Position numbers and translations under genes: made by a program. From NCBI GenBank assembly GCA_963968645.1, contig CAXAHI010000002.1, forward strand, positions 1 through 51,125: DNA of 51,125 nucleotides. Direction: 5' to 3'. The DNA is from an uncultured Gammaproteobacteria bacterium. GTDB taxonomy: Bacteria; Pseudomonadota; Gammaproteobacteria; Pseudomonadales; UBA7434. Shown here piece after piece: positions 1 to 9,065 of the stretch. The notes under the pieces were generated by a model that did not search any database, had not been told where the DNA came from, and saw only the letters and a program-made list of their open reading frames with translations. The stretch's first letter is position 1. Each line of letters opens with the position of its first letter.

Positions 1-145
1 TTTTGTTAAACGTATCCTTTTAAGTTCGAAGCGTTGGTTATAAATCAGAAGTCATAAATGAATTATAAGTTGGTGCTTAGAAGTTAGTACTTATAATTTA
101 TTAAGAGTTTAGCAATAAAAAATTGTAAATAGGTAAAATGATTTA

Positions 146-1501
146 ATGCATATTCATATACTCGGTATTTGCGGCACTTTTATGGGTAGCCTTGCGCTGT
201 TGGCGCGAGAGGCTGGACATATTGTTACTGGTGCAGATCAAAACGTCTATCCGCCGATGAGTGATCAACTTGAAGCGGCAGGCATTGAGCTTTATCAAGG
301 TTACGATGCAGAACATATTGCTGCCTTGTCGCCCGATAGCGTCATTATTGGTAATGCACTCTCGCGCGGTAATCCCTCGGTTGAATATGTATTAGATGAA
401 GGGCTGCATTACCAGTCGGGTCCTGAATGGTTGTCTGAGCATGTATTGCGTGGTCGATGGGTATTGGCGGTGGCAGGTACGCACGGTAAAACGACAACCG
501 CCAGTATGTTAGCGTGGATTTTATCTTATGCGGGTTTAGAAGTGGGTTATTTAATTGGGGGCGTGCCCAGTAATTTTGGTCAGTCGGCGCGTTTAGGCAG
601 TGCGCCTTATTTTGTGATTGAGGCCGATGAATACGATACGGCGTTTTTTGATAAGCGTTCTAAGTTTGTTCATTACCATCCGCAAACCTTAGTCATTAAT
701 AATTTAGAGTTTGATCACGCTGATATTTTTGATGACTTAGCCGCGATTCAGCGTCAAATGCATCATTTGGTTCGCACCGTTCCTGCCAAGGGAAAAATCA
801 TGATTCCTAACGTGACTGCATTAAATTCGGTTATCGATATGGGTTGTTGGTCGTCATTAGAATATCTTTCTGGCACGCAGAGCCCTTGGGAAATCAGTTT
901 AGAGGCGGCTGATCAGTCGACGTTTAATGTGGCAAAGGGCGAAGACTGCGGGCAAGTAGAATGGACATTATGTGGAGTGCATAATCGTGATAATGCGCTT
1001 GCGGCTATTGCGGCGGCTCACCATATTGGTGTGAGTGTTAGCACGGCGACTGCGGCGTTATGTGAATTTACAAGCGTGAAGCGACGTATGGAGCGTTTGG
1101 CTTGTATTGATGGCGTAACGGTATATGACGATTTCGCGCATCATCCTAGCGCTATAAAAACCACTTTGGCGGGTATGCGAGCGCGCTGTAAAAGCGGTCG
1201 TGTTATCGCCATTATTGAGCCTCGATCAAATACCATGCGTATGGGTTGTCATAGTGATGACCTCCCTGCTGCGATTGCCGATGCTGATTACGTGTGGTGG
1301 TATGAATCAGAAGTAAATAGTAGCGTGCTTGACACCTTGTTTACTGCTAACGATAAAGTAGTAGTAAGAAATAGCATTCCTATTATTATTGAACAAGTCG
1401 TTGCGCAGGCGCAGGCTGGTGATGAAATTGTCATTATGAGTAATGGCGGTTTTGGCGGTATACATACTTCGTTAATAAGTGCGCTAGAGCTGCGTGATTA
1501 A
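146..1501 (+). CDS. mpl: UDP-N-acetylmuramate:L-alanyl-gamma-D-glutamyl-meso-diaminopimelate ligase (murein peptide ligase)
   Basis: 451-aa ORF. N-terminus MHIHILGICGTFMGSLA, Mur-ligase P-loop AGTHGKTTT, and the DEYDTAFFDK and NLEFDHADIF blocks fit the Mpl/MurC family. Length is typical of Mpl. Confidence 0.9.
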   Translation: MHIHILGICGTFMGSLALLAREAGHIVTGADQNVYPPMSDQLEAAGIELYQGYDAEHIAALSPDSVIIGNALSRGNPSVEYVLDEGLHYQSGPEWLSEHVLRGRWVLAVAGTHGKTTTASMLAWILSYAGLEVGYLIGGVPSNFGQSARLGSAPYFVIEADEYDTAFFDKRSKFVHYHPQTLVINNLEFDHADIFDDLAAIQRQMHHLVRTVPAKGKIMIPNVTALNSVIDMGCWSSLEYLSGTQSPWEISLEAADQSTFNVAKGEDCGQVEWTLCGVHNRDNALAAIAAAHHIGVSVSTATAALCEFTSVKRRMERLACIDGVTVYDDFAHHPSAIKTTLAGMRARCKSGRVIAIIEPRSNTMRMGCHSDDLPAAIADADYVWWYESEVNSSVLDTLFTANDKVVVRNSIPIIIEQVVAQAQAGDEIVIMSNGGFGGIHTSLISALELRD

Positions 1502-1593
1502 AATTATTTTCAAAAGATAGCAGCTGAAAGAAAACCGATTAAAGAAAATCGATTAAAGTAAACCACTCAAGATAAAGCAGCGATAGAAAAAAT

Positions 1594-2196
1594 ATGAAAA
1601 GAATAACCTTAGCGATAACCGGTGCCTCAGGCGCACAATATGGATTGCGATTGTTAGAGGTGTTACTGGCAGCCAAAGTGGAAGTGCATTTTTTAATTTC
1701 AGATGCAGCACGGCAAGTAATGGCCTTAGAGATGGGTGTTAATTTACCGAGTGATGATGCCGAATTAGTTGAGTATTTTACTGAGCAGTATCAAGCGAGT
1801 GCCGAACAGATTCATGTTTATGGGCGTAAGCAGTGGGGAGCATCGGTAGCATCAGGTTCTAATGCGCCTGATGCAATGGTTATTTGTCCTTGTAGTTCAG
1901 GCACTTTATCGGCGGTGGCTACGGGCGCTAGCAATAATTTAATTGAGCGCGCCGCTGATGTGATGTTAAAAGAGCGAAAGCAATTAATTATTTTGCATCG
2001 AGAGATGCCGTTATCAACGATTCATCTTGAGCACTTATTAAGTTTATCGAAACTGGGTGTGGTAGTTATGCCAGCATCACCTGGCTTTTATCATAAACCG
2101 ACAAGTGTTGAAGATATAATAGATTTTGTCGTGGCGCGCATATTAGATCATCTTGGTGTTGAGCAAACTTTAATGGCGCGTTGGGGTCAATCTTAG
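1594..2196 (+). CDS. ubiX: Flavin prenyltransferase UbiX
   Basis: 200 aa. ITGASGAQYGLRLLE near the N-terminus and the CPCSSGTLSAVATG block are characteristic of the UbiX/Pad1 flavoprotein family. Confidence 0.9.
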   Translation: MKRITLAITGASGAQYGLRLLEVLLAAKVEVHFLISDAARQVMALEMGVNLPSDDAELVEYFTEQYQASAEQIHVYGRKQWGASVASGSNAPDAMVICPCSSGTLSAVATGASNNLIERAADVMLKERKQLIILHREMPLSTIHLEHLLSLSKLGVVVMPASPGFYHKPTSVEDIIDFVVARILDHLGVEQTLMARWGQS

Positions 2197-2305
2197 CGTT
2201 GCTTGAATAGGCCTTTTTTATATTTACATATAAATTATACGGTCATGAAAAAAGTTGTTATTGAATTAGTCATTAATAAATGCGTTATATTAATAGGGGT
2301 TCATC

Positions 2306-4852
2306 TTGTCAGATTCCAAATCCACACCTTCTTCTCAATCAAATCTATCTTCAGCCTTTGCTAAGGTTTATGACGCGCTTATTTTATCGCGCCCCTGGGT
2401 TGCCATATTTTTCTTGGTGGTAGCAACGACGCTAGCCGGTTTTTATGCACAAAACTACAAAGTAGATGCGTCGGCCGATGCCTTAGTGCTTGAGGGAGAT
2501 AAAGACTTAGCTTTCTTTCGCGAGGTCGGCAAACGATATGCCGCAGAAGAATTTTTTATTGTGGCTTACCAGCCAAAAGAAAATTTATTTTCGGAACAGT
2601 CTTTAAATAATATAAGTGAATTAGTGAGTGATCTAGAAAAAATTAAAGGTGTATCGACGGTGATGTCCATATTGGATGTGCCGTTATTATATTCACCCAA
2701 AGTATCAATAAGCAGTTTGATGTTAGGCATTAAAACATTGCGTGATAGTAGTGTTGATAGAGATTTAGCTGCTAATGAGTTTCGTGATAGTCCTATCTAT
2801 AAACAATTATTAACAAGTACCGATGCTAAAACTACGGCATTACAAATTGGGTTGGTGCGTGATCAAACGTACAATAACTTACTGGATGAAAGAAATCGCT
2901 TACGGGTATTAAATTCGGCGGGCTCTTTACCAGATGTTGAAATGGAAAAGTTGATTGCGGCAGAACAAGCTTTTAAAAGCTACACCGTAAAAACGGCTGA
3001 GCATCAGCAGCAGTTGGTTAAGGATGTTAGAGCCGTCTTAGATCGGCATCGCGGCGCAGCGACAGAAATATTTCTAGGCGGTGTGCCTATGATTGCTAGC
3101 GACATGGTTTCGTTTGTTAAAAGTGATATGAAAGTGTTTGGTGTAGGAATTTTAATTTTTGTTATTGTGGTGCTTACCATTATTTTTCGAACATTAAGGT
3201 GGGTTTTCTTACCGTTATTGGTTTGCATGCTAACCAATATTTTTATGTTGGGCCTGCTTGGTTTTCTAGATTGGCGCATGACAGTTATTTCCTCTAATTT
3301 TATTGCCTTGTTATTAATTATAACGCTGGCAATTGCTGTGCATCTTATTGTTCGCTATAGAGAGCTGCAGCTATTAAAGCCAGAGGCTTCGCAACATGAG
3401 CTTGCATTGGCGACAGTGTTGGCAATGTTAAGGCCTTGTGTCTATACCGGGCTTACAACCATTGTTGCTTTTATGTCATTAGTGATTAGCGGTATTCGAC
3501 CCGTCATGGATTTTGGTTGGATGATGACGATTGGTGTAATGGTTGCTTTAGCGACAACCTTTATTGTTGTGCCTATTGGCATGCTTTTAGGTCGCCCTCC
3601 TGCGCCTGAAAAAAATAGTCAGTCGTTGTCGAGCGAATCTGTTTTCACGCTACGCTTTGCGAGTATTACAGAGCATCATGGTGGAAAAATTCTGGCTATT
3701 GCAGGTTTGATTTTATTATTCTCGATTTCGGGTGTTACACAATTAAAAGTAGAAAATCGATTTATAGATTACTTTGATGAGTCGACAGAAATTTACCGTG
3801 GTATGGAGCTAGTCGATAGCGAATTAGGTGGCACTATTCCACTAGAGATTGTTGTCTATCCAGAAGCTTTGAATGAAAGTAATGTGGATGAATACGAAGA
3901 TGATTCGTTTGATGACTTTGATGATGAATTCAGTAGCGATGAGTTTGGTGATTCGTCATCAGAAATTAGCCCTTGGTTTACATTGGCAGGACTTAATGAG
4001 CTCAATAAAATTCATCAGCATGTTGATGGCTTATCTGAAACGGGTAAGGTTTTATCATTAGCAACGGTTTATCAACTCGCTGGTGATTTGTTGGGTGATG
4101 GCTTGGATGATATTCAGCTAGCATTGGCGTATCGAAAATTACCGTCAGAAATTAAAGATGTAATGATTACGCCGTATTTGCATGATGCAACGAATGAAGC
4201 GCGTATTACCATTCGTGTGAAAGAGACAAGTCGAACATTGAATCGTGCTGAGTTATTAGAAGATCTGCATCGGTTTATGCAAGAAGATATGGGTTACACG
4301 GAAGATCGATACCGCTTTACGGGTATGTTAGTGTTGTATAACAATTTACTGCAAAGCTTATTTGTTTCGCAAATTCTTACTTTGGGTTTAGTCTTTATTG
4401 CTATTACCGCCATGCTTGTTGTGTTGTTTCAATCTTTTAATTTGGCGCTAATCGGAATTGTACCCAACTTAATGGCGGCGCTGCTGGTGTTGGGTGGTAT
4501 GGGTTGGGCGGGTGTACCGCTAGACATGATGACAATTACAATAGCGGCTATAAGCATTGGTATTGGTGTCGATAATACGATTCATTATGTGCATCGATTT
4601 AAGCGTGAGTTTAAGCTCGATGGTGATTATATTGCCACTATGTATCGCTGCCATGGCAGTATTGGTCGAGCGATGTATTACACCTCTATTACGATTATTT
4701 TTGGCTTTTCGATTTTGGCGTTATCAAACTTTAAGCCCAGTATTTATTTTGGTTTGCTAACTGGCGTTGCTATGCTTTCTGCGTTATTGGGTTCGTTACT
4801 CTTATTGCCTAAATTATTATTATTGTTTAAGCCGCTTGGTAAATCGAGTTAA
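2306..4852 (+). CDS. MMPL/RND-superfamily exporter (COG1033-like, two-fold repeat)
   Basis: 848 aa with a TTG start. Two repeats, each a large soluble loop followed by a 5-6 helix bundle. The GIGVDNTIHY motif lies in the second bundle. Architecture resembles HpnN/MMPL-type lipid exporters. Confidence 0.75.
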   Translation: MSDSKSTPSSQSNLSSAFAKVYDALILSRPWVAIFFLVVATTLAGFYAQNYKVDASADALVLEGDKDLAFFREVGKRYAAEEFFIVAYQPKENLFSEQSLNNISELVSDLEKIKGVSTVMSILDVPLLYSPKVSISSLMLGIKTLRDSSVDRDLAANEFRDSPIYKQLLTSTDAKTTALQIGLVRDQTYNNLLDERNRLRVLNSAGSLPDVEMEKLIAAEQAFKSYTVKTAEHQQQLVKDVRAVLDRHRGAATEIFLGGVPMIASDMVSFVKSDMKVFGVGILIFVIVVLTIIFRTLRWVFLPLLVCMLTNIFMLGLLGFLDWRMTVISSNFIALLLIITLAIAVHLIVRYRELQLLKPEASQHELALATVLAMLRPCVYTGLTTIVAFMSLVISGIRPVMDFGWMMTIGVMVALATTFIVVPIGMLLGRPPAPEKNSQSLSSESVFTLRFASITEHHGGKILAIAGLILLFSISGVTQLKVENRFIDYFDESTEIYRGMELVDSELGGTIPLEIVVYPEALNESNVDEYEDDSFDDFDDEFSSDEFGDSSSEISPWFTLAGLNELNKIHQHVDGLSETGKVLSLATVYQLAGDLLGDGLDDIQLALAYRKLPSEIKDVMITPYLHDATNEARITIRVKETSRTLNRAELLEDLHRFMQEDMGYTEDRYRFTGMLVLYNNLLQSLFVSQILTLGLVFIAITAMLVVLFQSFNLALIGIVPNLMAALLVLGGMGWAGVPLDMMTITIAAISIGIGVDNTIHYVHRFKREFKLDGDYIATMYRCHGSIGRAMYYTSITIIFGFSILALSNFKPSIYFGLLTGVAMLSALLGSLLLLPKLLLLFKPLGKSS

Positions 4853-4893
4853 AGTACTAAGAGTCATAACGGTAATTAAGAGGCGTTGCTATC

Positions 4894-5172
4894 GTGCCTG
4901 ATGTGAATGATGTGCAACGTTGTATTGCCGGTTGTGGAGCCTGCTGTATTGCGCCACATATTTCATCATCGATACCTGGCATGCCAGAGGGTAAACCCGC
5001 TGGCGTTCGCTGCGTTCAGTTAGATGCAGAAAATGCTTGCTTGTTGTTTGGTCTGCCTTCAAGACCAAAGGTATGTTCAGCGTTTACTCCGCAAGTTGAT
5101 ATGTGTTCTAACGGCCCTATTGAGGCTTTACGCTGGCTAACGGTTTTAGAGCAGGCAACTAAGCCGAGTTAA
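4894..5172 (+). CDS. YkgJ-family (UPF0153) Cys-cluster zinc/iron-chelating protein
   Basis: 92 aa with a GTG start. Contains the CxxCGxCC-type cluster CIAGCGACCI plus downstream Cys residues (CVQL, CLLF, CSAF). Confidence 0.6.
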   Translation: MPDVNDVQRCIAGCGACCIAPHISSSIPGMPEGKPAGVRCVQLDAENACLLFGLPSRPKVCSAFTPQVDMCSNGPIEALRWLTVLEQATKPS

Positions 5173-5217
5173 TTAAAACCGCCATGGTTTATTATTTATT
5201 TTGATTGAGTATTTTTT

Positions 5218-5829
5218 GTGTTAATAGACTATCCCTTATTTCCGCTGCCCTTAGTTGCCTTTCCCGGTTGTCGTTTGCCTTTGCAGATTTTTGAGCCGCG
5301 GTATCTCGATCTCGTCAAGACGACGCTGGCTAACGACAGTACTTTTGGTGTGGTGACGGTAGTGCCTCGAACGCCTAACATGGGCTCGGAAGATGCTGGC
5401 ATTGAAGCTATAGGCACGGCGGTTAAAATTGTGGACTTTAATGAGCAACCAAATGGTTTGCTGGGGATAGTTTGCGAAGGCCAGCATAAATTCACCGTGA
5501 AGCAGACTTATCTTGCAGACAATAAGGTGTTTTTAGCGTCGGCAGAGCCCATAGAGGCTGAGGTCGTTATGCTTGTTCCCGAGGTGTTTGAAGAGCAGGT
5601 GTATATGCTGACCTCCCTAATGAAGCATCCTTATGTGGCGTCATTAGGCTATATTGACCGAGAAGTTGAGGATTGGTTTACGGATGCCTCTCGTTTAGGT
5701 TGCTATCTTGCGTATCTGCTGCCTTTTTCTAATGCGCAGCGTTATCGCTTATTGGCATTGGCTGATCCGATTGAGCGATTAAATAGTATTCAGCTGTTGC
5801 TGAATGAGATGGATGATAATGGCGTTTAA
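5218..5829 (+). CDS. LON substrate-binding (LON-N, PUA-like) domain protein
   Basis: 203 aa. N-terminus LFPLPLVAFPGCRLPLQIFEPRYLDLV matches the Lon N-terminal domain. No AAA or protease domain is present. Confidence 0.7.
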   Translation: MLIDYPLFPLPLVAFPGCRLPLQIFEPRYLDLVKTTLANDSTFGVVTVVPRTPNMGSEDAGIEAIGTAVKIVDFNEQPNGLLGIVCEGQHKFTVKQTYLADNKVFLASAEPIEAEVVMLVPEVFEEQVYMLTSLMKHPYVASLGYIDREVEDWFTDASRLGCYLAYLLPFSNAQRYRLLALADPIERLNSIQLLLNEMDDNGV

Positions 5830-5894
5830 CGCGCCTTAGCTGGCCATTTAAGGTCAGTCGCTAAGCTATTATGTTAGTACTGCCTATTTTCTAA

Positions 5895-5919
5895 CACATT
5901 TTCAAAATGTGGCTACAAT
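5895..5919. promoter_or_regulatory. Perfect 8+8 palindrome (cacatttt-c-aaaatgtg) abutting a tacaat -10-like hexamer, upstream of the exonuclease gene
   Basis: Read directly: arms at 5895-5902 and 5904-5911 are exact reverse complements, and tacaat lies at 5914-5919. The site sits about 85 nt upstream of the ATG at 6003. Confidence 0.35.
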
Positions 5920-6002
5920 ATAGCTAAATAAATTTAATCGCCTATTGGCATCGACTCCGATGCGCCCTAAGCGGACTAATAATTTCGAGAGAGCAGTATT
6001 CC

Positions 6003-6482
6003 ATGTACAACTTTATTGACGTAGAAGCGTCTGGTTTTGGTGCCGGCAGTTATCCTATTGAGGTTGGTGTCGCTATGGCGAGCGGACAAATGCACTGTAC
6101 GTTAATTCGCCCAGAAGACGATTGGGTTCATTGGAATGAGGATGCAGCCGCCATTCATGGTATTCCTCGCGATATCCTATTGGTTAAAGGTAAGTCAGCG
6201 CTTAAAGTGGCTATGTTGTTGAATGAGTGGCTCGATGGTGAAACGGTTTATTCTGATGCTTGGGGTAATGACTCTTGTTGGTTGGCGATGCTGTATGAAG
6301 AAGCGAGTATTCGTCAGCGTTTTAAAATCGATTCTGTCGTCTCGTTAATGTCTCAGAAACAAATGGCGCAATGGCATCAAAAGAAAAACTCGGTCATTCA
6401 GAATATGCAGCTTCAGCGTCATCGTGCAAGTAGCGATGCGTTGATCTTACAAACCACATTGACTGAGCTGCAATCATCGTAG
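6003..6482 (+). CDS. DEDDh-type 3'-5' exonuclease (DnaQ-like fold)
   Basis: 159 aa. ExoI-like FIDVEASGF near the N-terminus and an ExoIII-like H-x4-D (HRASSDAL) near the C-terminus. Confidence 0.65.
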   Translation: MYNFIDVEASGFGAGSYPIEVGVAMASGQMHCTLIRPEDDWVHWNEDAAAIHGIPRDILLVKGKSALKVAMLLNEWLDGETVYSDAWGNDSCWLAMLYEEASIRQRFKIDSVVSLMSQKQMAQWHQKKNSVIQNMQLQRHRASSDALILQTTLTELQSS

Positions 6483-6895
6483 CTTAATCGTAGCTTCAAT
6501 CGTCTCTAAGACGGATAAATAGCTAAGCTGTTGTTATAGTTGGCTATTTATCATTTTTTATGCCATTTTTTCAATTCATACCTCTGCAAGTGTATTTTTC
6601 TTCTCCCTCCTTACGTTGTTTATTCGATTTAGTGCAAAAAAGTGTAAAGCTATATAAAGAGCATATCTTTAGAAGCAAACTTCATTTAGTTTAAATACTA
6701 AGCTTGGATTATTAAGCCTGCCCTGTGAAACGTGTTTTTTAGGCACTAATAAGTAGAAAAAACAGCTACTTAATCAATGACAAACAACTTTTTTGGACTA
6801 CGCTTAATTAATGAATTAAGAAAAACTTTATCTTATCGTTATATAAAAATTAAAACGCTAAGTCATCAATTTAAGAGTATTCATAGGGATTCATC
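6483..6895 (+). promoter_or_regulatory. 413-nt AT-rich non-coding leader/promoter region of the EPS locus
   Basis: Largest non-coding gap in the window, immediately upstream of the first EPS gene. Contains the inverted repeat cttaatt-aatg-aattaag at 6803-6820. I could not pin down an unambiguous -35/-10 pair. Confidence 0.4.
6514..6559 (+). terminator. Possible weak intrinsic terminator after the exonuclease gene
   Basis: gataaatagc (6514-6523) pairs with gctatttatc (6543-6552) and is followed by atttttta. The stem is AT-rich and the loop is long (19 nt), so the structure is weak. Confidence 0.3.
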
Positions 6896-7534
6896 ATGAG
6901 CGGTTTTATTTCAGCCAATTTACAGCGTCGCTGTTCAAGTTATTGCTTGGGGTTGTCTACACTTTTTTTCGCATTATTTCTTAGCACTTATGCCTTAGCT
7001 CAAGAAGAAAGCGGAACAATTGAGGCTGGCAAGATTGAATCGGGTACTTACTTGGTTAATGCTGGTGATGTTTTGTCATTGGAAGTCTGGAATGAGCCGT
7101 CGCTTAGTTCCGAGCAGTTTTCTGTAAGGCCTGATGGCTTTGTAAGCATTCCTGTTATTGGTGAAATACGCGCAAGCAAAAAAACGATTTTGGAATTACA
7201 AGCATCGATTGCGCAGGGCTTATCGCGTTATTTAAAAGATGAGCCAACGGTTGTGGTTTCTGTACTCGCGAGTAATGGTAATTTGGTTTATGTATTGGGT
7301 AAGGTAGGTCGGCCAGGTGCATTCCCTTTAAATGGGCCAATGGATGTTACTCAAGCGCTAGCTTTTGCCGGTGGGTTAAATAGTTTTGCTGCTGAAAATA
7401 AGATTAAGGTTTTGCGACGTAACGATAACGGCCAACAAAGGTCGATTAAATTCAAATATGGTCAGGTAAAAGATGGCGATAAACTTGAAACTAATATCCT
7501 GCTGAAGAGCGGCGATATTGTTTTAGTACCGTAA
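6896..7534 (+). CDS. Polysaccharide export protein, short Wza-like (PEP-CTERM-locus type)
   Basis: 212 aa with a signal peptide (FALFLSTYALAQEE). Poly_export block YLVNAGDVLSLEVWNEP...FSVRPDGFVSIPVIGEIRA, and SLBB-like block VYVLGKVGRPGAFPL...DVTQALAFAGGL. Confidence 0.85.
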   Translation: MSGFISANLQRRCSSYCLGLSTLFFALFLSTYALAQEESGTIEAGKIESGTYLVNAGDVLSLEVWNEPSLSSEQFSVRPDGFVSIPVIGEIRASKKTILELQASIAQGLSRYLKDEPTVVVSVLASNGNLVYVLGKVGRPGAFPLNGPMDVTQALAFAGGLNSFAAENKIKVLRRNDNGQQRSIKFKYGQVKDGDKLETNILLKSGDIVLVP

Positions 7535-7555
7535 ATCGGATATCAAAAGTAAATC

Positions 7556-8947
7556 ATGTTTATGCAGCGTTATTCGTTAATCATTAGAGGCCTAGTTTTT
7601 TGGTTGTTTATCGCGAGTACGAATATATCGGCAAGTGAATATTCATTAGGTAAATCGGTAAATGTAAGAACTTATTATGCTGACAATTCCGGTTTATCAA
7701 CAATTAATAAAGTTGAGCGATACGGTGAAACGGGCGCGTTGAATTTTGATTTATCTCGGATGACAGAGATATCTAGATTTACCGGAGCGCTATTGCTAAA
7801 AGTAAATAATTATAATATTAAGTCATACAGTACCTTTGACCAGCGCGGTAACGTTGATTATACAAAAAATAATGAAAGAGGTTCTTGGGGTTTTGGTGTT
7901 ACTTATGATCGAGACTCTATAAGCTCTTATGAGGACACAGAGCAGAATTTCAATCTGCAAAATCAAATAGATACTCAGGTTCTATCACAAAGCTTGAGGG
8001 CTAATTGGAATCGGCAACTGAATGAAAAAAATGTATTGGCTTTGAATGCTAGTATGACTGATGTCGCTTATGAATCCGCTTTCCGTAACGATTATCGTTA
8101 TGGGCAGAGCTCATTATTATGGCAGCATTATTTAAGCGACCGCCTGCGATTGCAGGCCAATGTTTCATATAGTTTGTTTGATTCCGAAAGTACCAGTGGT
8201 TTGAGTGTTAGCCCTTTATTTAATGATGCGATTGTTAATGGTGATCTTTCGGAAAATGATGCGCTTTTTTTGGTTGAGGCCTGTAGAGCAGGATTTAATT
8301 TAATTGATCAGATAACTAGTGGTGCTCTGACGCCGTGGCAATGTTTTGAGGAGTTAGAGCGCGATAACCTTCAGTCTACCCTGAAGTTACAGTTAGGCAT
8401 TTATTATGTTTGGAATGAAAATTTGACACTTGATCTTCTGTATGGAGATTCATCCGTTAAGTCTGAGTTAGAACAAACCTATATTAATTTACCGCCTTTG
8501 GGTGAGACTGAAGGGCAGCGTGTCACTAGCGATACGGGTGAAGATGGTGGGGTAACTTATCAAGGAAGTCTAAATTATTCGGGTGAGCGGCTTCAGTCGA
8601 CATTTAGTGCTTCTCGTAATGAAAGTGTGAACAGTAATAGTGTTTTGTCATTAAACACTCGGGTCGGTTTGAATGTGCAGCTTAGCTTTAATAGGTATCA
8701 TGCATTAGCTAGTGGTATTGAATGGTATCGACAAGAAAACTCTGGTTTTTTTGGCGCTGAATTTTACGATAGAGATATAGCATCTTTCAGGTTAAGTCAT
8801 TCTTATCATATGTTGAAAGACTGGACATTAACTTCACTTTACCGATTTAAAGATTTGAGCCGAGCGCAACAGTCGGAGCCTGCCCGAGGAAATGAAATTC
8901 ATTTCAGTGTTAACTGGTCTCCGGCCAAGACAAGTTGGTCGCGATAA
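7556..8947 (+). CDS. Putative outer-membrane beta-barrel protein associated with PEP-CTERM EPS loci
   Basis: 463 aa. Signal peptide ending ISASEY, Ser/Asn/Tyr/Gly-rich sequence with alternating beta-strand character, and no TM helices. Its position between the export protein and the chain-length determinant matches the uncharacterised OM family of these loci. Confidence 0.55.
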   Translation: MFMQRYSLIIRGLVFWLFIASTNISASEYSLGKSVNVRTYYADNSGLSTINKVERYGETGALNFDLSRMTEISRFTGALLLKVNNYNIKSYSTFDQRGNVDYTKNNERGSWGFGVTYDRDSISSYEDTEQNFNLQNQIDTQVLSQSLRANWNRQLNEKNVLALNASMTDVAYESAFRNDYRYGQSSLLWQHYLSDRLRLQANVSYSLFDSESTSGLSVSPLFNDAIVNGDLSENDALFLVEACRAGFNLIDQITSGALTPWQCFEELERDNLQSTLKLQLGIYYVWNENLTLDLLYGDSSVKSELEQTYINLPPLGETEGQRVTSDTGEDGGVTYQGSLNYSGERLQSTFSASRNESVNSNSVLSLNTRVGLNVQLSFNRYHALASGIEWYRQENSGFFGAEFYDRDIASFRLSHSYHMLKDWTLTSLYRFKDLSRAQQSEPARGNEIHFSVNWSPAKTSWSR

Positions 8948-9065
8948 TCAGTTGAATAAGTGATCTTTCTTCGTGTCGAACAATGGGTTTTATAATAATT
9001 GATGTTCATGACATGAAAAAATTAAGTGATATATTGAAATTTTTGAATAGGATTTAAAAATATTT

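Noticed and set aside
1531-1558. Tandem 14-nt repeat aaaaccgattaaag / aaaatcgattaaag between mpl and ubiX.
   Set aside because: Only two units in AT-rich spacer DNA. It is too short to distinguish from chance and no function is suggested.
6480-6502. Near-tandem tagcttaatcg / tagcttcaatcg at the exonuclease stop codon.
   Set aside because: It is very short and imperfect, and is probably slippage debris. It is not a plausible att site because no matching copy occurs at the other end of the EPS locus.
6741-6757. A sigma-54-like -24 element (aggcac) in the EPS leader.
   Set aside because: There is no GC dinucleotide (TTGC) at the required spacing for the -12 element. The downstream sequence is taataagtag.
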